64,000 nucleotides of DNA from Desulfuromonadales bacterium. Lineage in GTDB: Bacteria > Desulfobacterota > Desulfuromonadia > Desulfuromonadales > Geopsychrobacteraceae. Under the pieces are notes generated by a model. It did no database searches. It was given only the letters and a program-made list of their open reading frames with translations, and had not been told where the DNA came from. Positions 19,840 to 28,019 of this stretch are shown here, one piece after another; the stretch's first letter is position 1, and the number at the start of each line of letters is the position of its first letter. The translations under genes and the position numbers were made by a program. The DNA is taken from positions 2,505-66,504 of the forward strand of contig JAHYIY010000012.1 of NCBI GenBank assembly GCA_019429255.1, read 5' to 3'.

Positions 19840-20262
19840 TTAGCTCCCTGCCAGTTCGTTACGAAAATAATCACCCAGCCGGGCGCGGATCTCGTCCCGG
19901 ACCCGGCGGTAAACATTCATCACCTCTTCATCACTGCCGGTCGCTTTGGGCGGATCGTCGAAACCAATATGAATCCGTTTGACGCCACCGAAAAAAAGCG
20001 GGCACTTGTCGTTGGCATCACCACACAGGGTAATGACATAGTCAAAGTTCTGCCCTTCATACTTGCTGATATGGTCAGAACTGTTGGCAGAGATATCGAT
20101 ACCAACCTCCGCCATCACCTCAACCGCCCTGGGATTAAGACCATGAGGTTCGGTGCCGGCGGAGAAGGCTTCAATCTGGCCGGCAAAGTCATGATTCATC
20201 AGGCCATCGGCCATCTGGCTACGGCAGGAGTTGCCGGTACACAAGAACAAGATTTTTTTCAT
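19840..20262 (-). CDS. arsC: Arsenate reductase (LMW-PTPase / thioredoxin type)
   Basis: CTGNSCRSQMA, SAG, ITLC..A...CP, FDDP. Confidence 0.93.
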   Translation of the reverse strand: MKKILFLCTGNSCRSQMADGLMNHDFAGQIEAFSAGTEPHGLNPRAVEVMAEVGIDISANSSDHISKYEGQNFDYVITLCGDANDKCPLFFGGVKRIHIGFDDPPKATGSDEEVMNVYRRVRDEIRARLGDYFRNELAGS

Positions 20263-20280
20263 GCAGTGACCCTTCTATCT

Positions 20281-20296
20281 ATCCGTATAAGCGAAT
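20281..20296. promoter_or_regulatory. ArsR1-type operator before arsC
   Basis: ATCCGT-N4-GCGAAT, similar to ATCTGC-N4-GCGGAT at 20668-20683. Confidence 0.55.
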
Positions 20297-20314
20297 GAAT
20301 AACCAACAAAAAAG

Positions 20315-20656
20315 CTAGCGACATCTCCTGTTTTGCGCATCCGGCAATGCGTTCAGAGCCTTGCGATCCTCGTGTGCCTGATTCGATTCATTGAGTTTCT
20401 CTACCAACAATCGCAGCAAATCGTTACCCAGTGCGCTCGCTTGTTTGAGTCGATAAAACATCCAGACCCCGCGCCGCTCATCGTCAACGAGTCCAGCATT
20501 GCGTAGATAGGCCAGATGACGTGAAACCGTCGACTGAGGCAACTCCAGCGCCGCCATCAGATCGCAAACACAAAGTTCTCCATCACTTAACAGGGCCAGA
20601 ATCCGCAAACGGGTTTCGTCCGAGAGCGCCTTAAAGGTGTGAGCGACATTTTTCAT
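20315..20656 (-). CDS. arsR: ArsR/SmtB metalloregulator 1
   Basis: FKALSDETRLRIL, ELCVCDL, QSTVSRHLAYLR; ATG 20656. Confidence 0.93.
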   Translation of the reverse strand: MKNVAHTFKALSDETRLRILALLSDGELCVCDLMAALELPQSTVSRHLAYLRNAGLVDDERRGVWMFYRLKQASALGNDLLRLLVEKLNESNQAHEDRKALNALPDAQNRRCR

Positions 20657-20662
20657 AGGCTT

Positions 20663-20692
20663 AAGATATCTGCTCATGCGGATAAAGGTCAA
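20663..20692 (-). promoter_or_regulatory. arsR1 promoter with overlapping operator
   Basis: TTGACC-N18-TATCTT; palindrome ATCTGC-N4-GCGGAT in the spacer. Confidence 0.55.
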
Positions 20693-20730
20693 GCAACGAT
20701 TCCCAATCTGTTGTCCAAAGTAAAATTAAC

Positions 20731-20766
20731 TTGATTCCATCATGTATTTGGCTATATTGCCCAACA
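20731..20766 (+). promoter_or_regulatory. arsR2 promoter with operator
   Basis: TTGATT-N16-TATATT; imperfect palindrome TATTTGGC-N6-GCCCAACA, repeated as ATATTGGC-N6-GCCAAATA at 21120-21141. Confidence 0.55.
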
Positions 20767-21095
20767 TGAAAACAACTGCTGACACCTTCCAACTACAAAA
20801 ATCCCAACTACTGGCCCGCACCAGGGTGATCAAGGCATTGGCTCATCCAACCCGCCTGTTCATTGTTGAGGAACTGGAAAAAGGGGAACGCTGTGTCTGT
20901 GACCTGACGGCGATGATTGGTGCTGACATCTCGACGGTGTCCAAACATCTGTCCGTATTGCGCCAGGCTGGCATCGTCGCCGATGACAAGCGCGGCAATC
21001 AGGTTTTCTACTGCTTGAAAGTGCGCTGTATTCTTAATTTTTTTGGCTGTATCGAGTCGGTATTGAAGTCCCAGCGCAGTGATGCGTTACGATAA
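20766..21095 (+). CDS. ArsR/SmtB metalloregulator 2
   Basis: KALAHPTRLFIV, ERCVCDL, STVSKHLSVL. Confidence 0.9.
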   Translation: MKTTADTFQLQKSQLLARTRVIKALAHPTRLFIVEELEKGERCVCDLTAMIGADISTVSKHLSVLRQAGIVADDKRGNQVFYCLKVRCILNFFGCIESVLKSQRSDALR

Positions 21096-21161
21096 TTAAT
21101 ACCGATTTTTTTGCCCAGAATATTGGCCTTTTTGCCAAATACGAAAACATGAGGTATTCAA

Positions 21162-21320
21162 GTGGGTCGCTTTACCGAACTGAAAATCCTGTCCCTCATC
21201 ATTGGCGTCTTTATTCTCTGCTTTTTTTTTGCCCATTGAGTGGCTAAAAAGCAGCGGTCGGATTGAGTCGGCCATCTGGGAAGCCCTGTATCTGGTGCGC
21301 TGGTATGCCCAGGAGCATGA
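21162..21320 (+). pseudogene. ArsP/DUF318-type permease remnant
   Basis: GAGG RBS and GTG start; MGRFTELKILSLIIGVFILC, +1 shift in a T9 run, then FFLPIEW..AIWEALYLVRWYAQEH, after which similarity stops. Confidence 0.55.
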
Positions 21321-21528
21321 AGGCCTTGGCATCCTCTCGCCAGTCAGACTCATCGAAATCAGCCGCGAGGAAATAGCAGCTGTCATCGGTAAGCAGAGGA
21401 AAGACGCGCATTGCTCTGAGAAACAGTTTTTGGCAAACCTGTGGAATCTCATAAACCCTGCATTACCAGAAATCCCAGCCTGGATTGCCTAGCGGAGATT
21501 TGGTATTCTTATGCCGTAACTTGTGTCG

Positions 21529-21819
21529 CTAAAGGTGACGCTCAAAATCCACTCTCTGGTGCAATGTCCTCACAACATCGATCCCATCATCAGTACATTT
21601 AAAGAAGATAACGTGAGAACCCGCTCTTGCTTTTCGGTAGCCCCTCCTCACGTCACCAATATCTACAGATTTTGTGGGGTCACTGGCTGCGTTCCCCATG
21701 GCTGACCATAGTTCTCGCACATATTTTTCGGCTTGTTCAACGTTCCATTGCAAAAAAGTATAATCCCAAATTTCACTCAGGTCTAATTTGGCCCTGGGAG
21801 ATAAAATCACTCTACTCAT
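21529..21819 (-). CDS. parE: ParE-family toxin
   Basis: LSPRAKLDLSEIWDYT..W..QAEKY, GYRK..GSHVIF, VRTLHQR. Confidence 0.9.
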   Translation of the reverse strand: MSRVILSPRAKLDLSEIWDYTFLQWNVEQAEKYVRELWSAMGNAASDPTKSVDIGDVRRGYRKARAGSHVIFFKCTDDGIDVVRTLHQRVDFERHL

Positions 21820-22049
21820 AGGGCAAGGAATTTCTTTTTGTTCGCAATAAAGGCCTCAATATCCAAACTGGTGGAAGGGCCTGAATTCTCCCCCTCAATC
21901 AAGGCCTGCCTCAATCGCTCCAGCTTTATGTGATCCTGCCTGATCAGGTCTCGAACATAGTCAGAAGCGTTGGCATAGCGTCCAGATTTAACGCATTCTT
22001 CAACCCAGTTTTTCATCTGATCGGGCAAAGATACATTCATCGTCGCCAT
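21816..22049 (-). CDS. parD: ParD-family (CC2985-like RHH) antitoxin
   Basis: MATMNVSLP..SGRYANASDYVRDLIR..GENSG; 4-bp overlap with parE. Confidence 0.9.
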   Translation of the reverse strand: MATMNVSLPDQMKNWVEECVKSGRYANASDYVRDLIRQDHIKLERLRQALIEGENSGPSTSLDIEAFIANKKKFLAL

Positions 22050-22226
22050 AAAGGCCTCCTTTTGTCGGAATTAATACCAACAATATATGACAGTCTTTGC
22101 CATATATCAATCTTTGCCATCCTGACCAATCGAGCTTTGTGGGATTGAGTGTTGCGGGCGGTAATACCGACGAGTGTCAAAAATAGAGCGCATGATGAGA
22201 AAATCACCGGAATCGGCTATTGGGGG

Positions 22227-22376
22227 CTATTTGCGTCCGAAAAACCGTGAGTTGCTGGATGTTTTTCTGAGGGGGGCAACGACTCGGGTAGAGAGCATGT
22301 CGATCAGTTCATCCTGAAGGTCAAGTAGATAGGCCGCACTGCTGGATGGCGATCTGTAAATATCGAATTTGGCCAT
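22227..22376 (-). pseudogene. ccdB: Truncated CcdB-like toxin
   Basis: TGATG-coupled to ccdA; MAKFDIYRS..YLLDLQDELIDMLSTRVVAPL then unrelated sequence, stop after 49 aa. Confidence 0.75.
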
Positions 22377-22609
22377 CAGAACTGCCTTAAACCTTTACTC
22401 CAAAGCCCCTTGCGATCAACATAGTCATTAGCTGCAGCAATTGCATCTTGATTGTTTTTCAACCATTCTTGCCGGTCATGGTCCCTGAGGATCTGCTCCA
22501 ATCTATCTTCTAAAGTTTTCGATAGATTTATTTTGTTTTCTCTGGCCAGCTGTAAAAGGTCACTCCGAATACTAAGGTTTGCAGATTGCTTGCGAGCCAC
22601 ATTTCCCAT
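22376..22609 (-). CDS. ccdA: CcdA-family antitoxin
   Basis: KQSANLSIRSDLL..INLS..W.KNNQDAI..N..GLWSKGLRQF; ATGCGCA palindrome upstream. Confidence 0.85.
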   Translation of the reverse strand: MGNVARKQSANLSIRSDLLQLARENKINLSKTLEDRLEQILRDHDRQEWLKNNQDAIAAANDYVDRKGLWSKGLRQF

Positions 22610-23303
22610 AATCACCTCCATGCGCAGTATATGCGCATAACAGCTTTGCAGATTTTAACTGTCAATAAAATCGCCATAAAATCAATGAACCACTGTCTCG
22701 AAGGTAGCTGGTTCTGAAACGTGGAAACCTTCCTGGATTTTGTGCCGGATTGATTTTCGGAGGAAAGTCGGGGTGGATTTTCAATTACCGAATACCCTGC
22801 ATTAGCAGAAAATCCGGCTCGGATAGCCAAGCGGGATTTTCGTGACTTTATGATCGTATTTTTTGGATAAACTGATTTTTAATGTTCAGTATCACCGGTG
22901 ATAAAACTGCAGTGCAACGATGAGGTTGGCAACAGCTGTTAAGCTACCTCAGGCTGCGACAAGCTTTTTAACCCTGAGCTCTTTACGATACTGCTCAGCA
23001 TGAACTCAGGTGCATTAAATCTCAAAGGAAGACGCATATATGGCGATGCTGTGAGGGAGGCTATCACGGTGTTGCCGGAGTTGCGCCTTGCAAGCGCATG
23101 GAATTCAGTAGTCTGAAATGGCGACCGCGGCAAAGCCCAACCAGTAGCCGCGTACCGAGTCTTGCGTGATGCCCGGTAGCGGCAACGGCAGTCACCTGCC
23201 GTTACTGTGGTCTCACATCGCTGATCTCGTTAGCTATTCCTTCGTTCACTCTTCTTATTATAAATTCCGATTTGTTTCATGCTGGCCGTTGCCTGGGCCC
23301 GAA

Positions 23304-24071
23304 TCAAAACTGCCAGGTCACTCCCAGTAGCGGTCCGGACATAGTCACGTCAGCACGAGTACCACCACTTTTATAATCCACGGTCAACTGGCGAAAGCCC
23401 GCAGAAGCGTAGAGATGTTGATTGACCTGATAATTCAGGGTCGCGAGGACCTGGCTTGTCATCTTCGAACCTACGCCATAGCCTCCCACATCACCATAAA
23501 AAATAGCGGACCACTGCGGCAAGAGACTGACATTGGCGCGCGCAGCTACGATCGGGTCGATAAAATTGAAATTTTTTGAATAATTCACGCCGGCAACAGG
23601 GATCTTCACCGCACTGTGCAGCCACCAGGCTCTGGCGCCTACCAGGACATCAAAGCGGATGCGCTCGACATCAACCAAGCGATACCCGGCTTCGAGAGTA
23701 AGGGATGTCTGGCGTATTTCACCTTCGGCGGGAACACCATTCGGTAAGCTGCCTTGTTTTGATAAGGATGCGTAGCTGAAATCACCGAGAAGAACAAAAC
23801 GGTCATGACGCGCAAACCCTGAAAGAAAAAAGGCACCATCAAGATCTTTAAGAATTTCAGAAAAAGAATCGTCTATCGAGACAGTCGGTCCTCCACGAAA
23901 AGGGGTAATGTCTCCACCGACTCCTGATGCCCAGAGATAGGGAGTAACTTGGCCGCTCCAGCCATGGGCGGCCAACGCGTTGGCCGGTCCCATGAGAATT
24001 CCTGCAGACACCGCCAGCATTAAACTAAGACCCCGAAGCCGCAACAGGCCTGGGATGATTTTTTTCATCAT
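23304..24071 (-). CDS. Outer-membrane beta-barrel protein, hypothetical
   Basis: Signal peptide, TPYLW motif, alternating beta strands, C-terminal GPLLGVTWQF. Confidence 0.75.
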   Translation of the reverse strand: MMKKIIPGLLRLRGLSLMLAVSAGILMGPANALAAHGWSGQVTPYLWASGVGGDITPFRGGPTVSIDDSFSEILKDLDGAFFLSGFARHDRFVLLGDFSYASLSKQGSLPNGVPAEGEIRQTSLTLEAGYRLVDVERIRFDVLVGARAWWLHSAVKIPVAGVNYSKNFNFIDPIVAARANVSLLPQWSAIFYGDVGGYGVGSKMTSQVLATLNYQVNQHLYASAGFRQLTVDYKSGGTRADVTMSGPLLGVTWQF

Positions 24072-24114
24072 CTCATTTTTCTCCCTCAACGCTAACAAGA
24101 ACGGCTTGTCACCG

Positions 24115-25167
24115 CTACAGTCCCTGAAACTTAAAAGGAACAGCTTTCTTAAAAGACCTCAGGGCATCACCAGCATATACCTGGCCCTCGTCGAGGCTGA
24201 GCTTGAGAACACTGGCCTTGTCACTGAAATCAACCTTTTTAAGATCAACCCACAGTACATTCGGTGTCATGACATTTTCAAAGTAGTAAACAAGCCGCTT
24301 CTGGTCGGCAACGACCCGCCACTGCGTGCTGGAAATATGCGGCTGGTCTTCTGAAGATATACCGTAGGGAACGGAAACATTTCTGATCACGCTGAACACG
24401 CTTGCTACGGCTATATGGGGATCGCTGGTTTGGGGAATGGCACCAATGTAATAGGAGGCACGAGCAAAACGATCAGCGGGCCTGTTGGTTCCCGGCAAAA
24501 ACACGGTGCCTGGTATTTGTTCCCAATAGCCTTTGATGGCCAACTGCTCCTCATAGACGGGATCGTTTGTCATGACCTGGTACGATGAGTCGTGATGGAT
24601 AACTAACTTGCCATTGATATATTCCAGAATAGCGCTATCTCCGGTCGGATCGGAAAGAGATAGATGGACAGTAGTAAACTTATCCGTTCCGGGGATAAAA
24701 TCCGTAACAACAACAAACTCCTCCTTGCCAAGAGAATTCACCGCCTCAGCAACGGTGGCAAAGTTGTCGAGAGCATACTGGGCCCATGCCGCAATTGTAA
24801 TGCCTTTTTCTTTACCGGACGGGTCAAAAGCAGGATACTGCGATGTCACGAGCCACAGAAGATTGGCGACCAGTCCTTTCTCATTCATGCCGTCCGGCGT
24901 GGCAATGTCCCAGGAACTGGCAGCAATACTGCCATAGCGCGATGTCCATTCCAGCGAATTTGGGCCCACCTCACCGCTTCTTTTCATCCCGCGCGGGAAA
25001 ATCCACAAGTTGGCAGGAATGGCGATTGAAAAATCCATTGTACGCCCGGTAAGCACGTTTTCAGCCGGGCCCTTATATACCACCCTGGTACAAGCCAGCA
25101 GATCACCCGCAAAAAACAAAAAAAGAAAGAGCAAACATAAAAAAAACATAGGCTTAAAGGGTTTCAT
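24115..25167 (-). CDS. Exported linear amide C-N hydrolase (choloylglycine hydrolase / penicillin V acylase family)
   Basis: Signal peptide then CTR (Ntn nucleophile), GRTMD, DGMNEKGL, MTNDP, DRFARA. Confidence 0.92.
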   Translation of the reverse strand: MKPFKPMFFLCLLFLFLFFAGDLLACTRVVYKGPAENVLTGRTMDFSIAIPANLWIFPRGMKRSGEVGPNSLEWTSRYGSIAASSWDIATPDGMNEKGLVANLLWLVTSQYPAFDPSGKEKGITIAAWAQYALDNFATVAEAVNSLGKEEFVVVTDFIPGTDKFTTVHLSLSDPTGDSAILEYINGKLVIHHDSSYQVMTNDPVYEEQLAIKGYWEQIPGTVFLPGTNRPADRFARASYYIGAIPQTSDPHIAVASVFSVIRNVSVPYGISSEDQPHISSTQWRVVADQKRLVYYFENVMTPNVLWVDLKKVDFSDKASVLKLSLDEGQVYAGDALRSFKKAVPFKFQGL

Positions 25168-25504
25168 CTTGCACTCCTGTAAGAAATTGAAAAAGCTATA
25201 GTTTCTCGACGAAAAATATAACTGCGGCTGTCTTCAATTGTCAATGTGGCGTGCCAACATTGCCGCGCCATCCATTCCCAACTGCTCGGTCTGTTTGACG
25301 ACGGAGAACTGACCCCGGAACCGAGGAAATTGCCGTAACGGCCCGCAGGAAATCGGCTGCGAGCGCCTATTTATTGATGAACCGGCTGATATGCCGGGGA
25401 GCTATTAACCCCTCGGACTGGAAAAATATTGATTGTCATTAACCACTTTAGGTAAACAATGTATACACTTGCTGATTGTACTCTGATCACATAGGCAGCC
25501 TATC

Positions 25505-25640
25505 GTGACATACAGTTGCTGGATCGCGGTCTTTTGTTCGGCTCAACGCGGTTTGCAATGGGATCACCTTCACTACCCATCGGGCGGAACGAGGAGTCAG
25601 TCAATTCATTGTTGAGCAAGAATCCCCCAGCTAACCCTGA
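25505..25640 (-). pseudogene. Gamma-glutamyltransferase fragment
   Basis: GFLLNNELTD..F.P...ANRVEPNKRPRSS matches the GGT small-subunit signature; isolated piece of about 45 aa. Confidence 0.7.
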
Positions 25641-25652
25641 TCCTCCGTCTGA

Positions 25653-25718
25653 CATGGCGACAAAAACCCTTGCTACAGGATCCAAAGGCCCTGCGCAAGG
25701 ATAGAGCTGAATAGTTAC
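25653..25718. mobile_element. Partial (right-half) copy of the GTAAC-ended MITE
   Basis: CATGGCGACAAAAACCCTTGCTACAGGATCCAAAGGCCCTGCGCAAGGATAGAGCTGAATAGTTAC. Confidence 0.85.
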
Positions 25719-25852
25719 GAAAAATCATCGATGGATTTCATGATGGATTCCGTTCCTCTGCAATGAGGAAAACTGATTTTCGAGTCTACTTTAAATAGGA
25801 ATTTCTGGTCGAGCTTTCTCCCTTTTTTACTGCTTGAGCCACGCAGAAATGT

Positions 25853-26188
25853 CTAGTTGTTGAATGACGATTCACTCTGTACAAGATGATCGATATATCG
25901 ACACCAGGCTTCGCTGTCGCGTTGCGGAACAGTGGCCTTGCCTCGAATACCAAGTTTAAATTCGACCACAGATCTCCATTCCTCCGAGCCGATATCTGGC
26001 CCGTGTCCGTGGCCATCTCCTGTTGTTACTTTCTCTTCTATTGACTGGTACCATTCGCCGGAGCAGGAGGTTTTCGTTTGCTGTGCTGATTTCACGATAC
26101 TGCTTGTTGTTGTACAGCCGACCACTAAACCAAGCAAGATTGTGAGCCATAAACAAATTGCTAACGATTTCAGATTGTTACTTAGCAT
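25853..26188 (-). CDS. Hypothetical lipoprotein
   Basis: LVVGC lipobox; TGDGHGHGPDIGSEEW motif; two further Cys. Confidence 0.7.
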   Translation of the reverse strand: MLSNNLKSLAICLWLTILLGLVVGCTTTSSIVKSAQQTKTSCSGEWYQSIEEKVTTGDGHGHGPDIGSEEWRSVVEFKLGIRGKATVPQRDSEAWCRYIDHLVQSESSFNN

Positions 26189-26266
26189 ATAAAATAATCC
26201 CTACAATTTGGATGCAAGCACAAAAAAGCGCCGAATCTATAAAGGTGGGCTGTGAATTATACCATC

Positions 26267-26313
26267 AAAAAAGAGAAAGCCAGTTGCGGGGAGGTGCCGC
26301 AACTGGCTTTTTT
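26267..26313. terminator. Intrinsic terminator (possibly bidirectional)
   Basis: 14-bp stem AAAGCCAGTTGCGG / CCGCAACTGGCTTT, 7-nt loop, T-rich runs on both strands. Confidence 0.85.
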
Positions 26314-26381
26314 AAACACACAAGGAGTAGGAGAATGAAGAGGAACTTGGCTCGCCTGCCACAACAAGCTTCGTTCTGTTG
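26267..26381 (-). ncRNA. Candidate Fur-repressed trans-acting sRNA (~115 nt)
   Basis: Own sigma70 promoter with Fur-like box, CU-rich anti-SD segment, strong intrinsic terminator, no credible ORF. Confidence 0.6.
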
Positions 26382-26387
26382 ATTACC

Positions 26388-26416
26388 ACTATAATGATAG
26401 CGGTTATCAATTGCAA
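26388..26416 (-). promoter_or_regulatory. sigma70 promoter with overlapping Fur-type box
   Basis: TTGCAA-N17-TATAGT; 7-1-7 TGATAAC-C-GCTATCA at 26395-26409. Confidence 0.7.
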
Positions 26417-26660
26417 GCAATAAATTACCAAAAAAGTAATTATTCTCTAGCGTCCTTTCTGATTTCCTCTTTTGGTTCATCCTCCGGCCGATAAGCACCG
26501 TGCCGACAGAGAGTGTCGTCCTCCCGGCAAATATTCCGGATGTCCCCGCAATGGCGGGTTTGGCCTCTCTTTATTGTTGACGTTGTGACGTTGCTGGTCG
26601 GCCAGGCCTTGACGGCCTGGCCAACCCCCGCCTCCCCGTTTGGAACAATTTTTATCAACG

Positions 26661-27084
26661 TCAGCGAATGCCGTAATCTGCTACCTGCCAGACACCATCC
26701 AGGTGTCTTGGCAGAATCACCTCAGCTGCCCGATCCTGGTGCAAGGTCCGCGCATCAAGCTGCACGATCGGATAATCGCCATCAGGAAAACGCGGATAGA
26801 TACCGCTGGAGCGCAATGCCGTCAACTGTCGCCGTAGAACCGGTCCCAATAGGTGTTGTGACCGCTCGATAGCGTTCACAACCTCCTGTTCATTCCGGGC
26901 CAGTCGCAGCGACGAAGACACCTGGTTGTGGGCGGTACTGCTGTTGTCGCTGTCATTGATCCGGGCAAAGTGCCCAGCCGCTGCTACCGTATCTTGCGAG
27001 GGCAGGTTGGCCGGTGCGCTGCTGAGCCCAAGCAGTAGGTCGCAAAACCCCAGCACAACAATGGCAACCAATTTTTTCTTTCAT
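26661..27084 (-). pseudogene. DUF4019-like exported protein, probably degenerate
   Basis: LLGPVLRRQL..FPDGDYPIVQ..AAEV..DGVWQVADYGIR; the RBS-linked ATG at 27084 is out of frame with the body. Confidence 0.55.
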
Positions 27085-27118
27085 GACCCCTCTGTTTACA
27101 CGTTGGAACATTTCCGAA

Positions 27119-27505
27119 CTATTGCTGGTCGTCCAGCCATTGATGGATTTCCTTCATGGATGCCGGTTTGTGAAATATTTTACAACCAAGATGCTGTGCC
27201 TGCTCATACTCTTCATTCGACCAGCTTCCGGAAATCACTGCTCTGCGGTTGTTCGGCAGCTTGCAGCCGCGATCTTTGATCCACTGGATGAATTCGAGCC
27301 CGCTCATGCCCGGCATCTGATTATCGGTTATCAATGCATCAGCGCAGGCGTCGTCGGAACAGTCACAGTAGCCATTATGGCTTGCAACATAGCTGGTCGG
27401 ATCGGCAAAAGCTGTGACCTTATAATCCCTTTCCCTCAGTATTTCCGTCATCAGATCACGACAAAGGGGATTGTCTTCGAACAGCAATGCAATTTTCGAT
27501 GCCAT
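27119..27505 (-). CDS. Single-domain response regulator with Cys-rich insert
   Basis: FEDN, LITDNQMPGMSGLEF, ISG, FHKP; true ATG at 27505 (track start over-extended). Confidence 0.85.
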   Translation of the reverse strand: MASKIALLFEDNPLCRDLMTEILRERDYKVTAFADPTSYVASHNGYCDCSDDACADALITDNQMPGMSGLEFIQWIKDRGCKLPNNRRAVISGSWSNEEYEQAQHLGCKIFHKPASMKEIHQWLDDQQ

Positions 27506-27696
27506 ATCAGGCTCCCTTGACGACAACAGAATGACTTTCAGCGGCCATTGTAGCGACGATTTCTGAAAAAAATCTGACTGGGAGGAGTTTGTTCCTGTTT
27601 TTATGCAAAAAAATTGAAATTTATGCATGCCAAACTGTGATTTGTTATGGATTTCCTGATAGGATCCCAACTTGTCCGCAGTTCTCAAGCGCAAGG

Positions 27697-27926
27697 ATGT
27701 GAACATGGCGAAACCTTCTTGCAGCTGCACGGGGTCTAGCTGACCGGGCCGCAACGGGTTGGTGAATTGCTCAATGGCGACGAGACATTTTTGCCGGTGC
27801 GTGCCGGCAGCCAGGTCCAATTGGTGAATCTGCAACAGGTGGTTTCGATGTCTCTTTCCGCTGAACTGGAATGTGATCCGCTGTTGACCCTCGGTGAGGA
27901 GCATCAAGTGCGGGTGACCGACTAAA
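27697..27926 (+). pseudogene. Degraded conserved hypothetical gene
   Basis: GETFLQLHGV*LTGPQRVGELLNGDETFLPVR..LVNL: protein-like, with an in-frame TAG and no start codon. Confidence 0.4.
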
Positions 27927-28019
27927 GGCCTGCAGCTTATTCGTATTCATCCACTCCCACCAGCGATGGGAGTGCGGTAGTTGTGGTGATAAATCAGCTT
28001 GATTGCTTAGAGGAAAGAC

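Noticed and set aside
25292..25320. Possible IS21-like terminal repeat TGTTTGACGACGGAGAACTGACCCC
   Set aside because: No partner end or transposase remnant could be identified.
26158..26498. Small ORFs overlapping the candidate sRNA
   Set aside because: They cross a strong terminator and the promoter and have no recognisable motifs. A short plus-strand ORF at 26335 with an AGGAG RBS cannot be fully excluded.
27620..27636. Possible sigma54 promoter (TGGCAT, minus strand)
   Set aside because: No GC at the -12 position.
27736..27738. In-frame TAG as pyrrolysine
   Set aside because: The surrounding gene lacks a start and is truncated; simple decay is more likely.
27506..27907. N-terminal extension of the 262-aa response regulator ORF
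   Set aside because: It is antisense to a pseudogene and crosses an AT-rich intergenic region; a GGGAG RBS supports ATG 27505.
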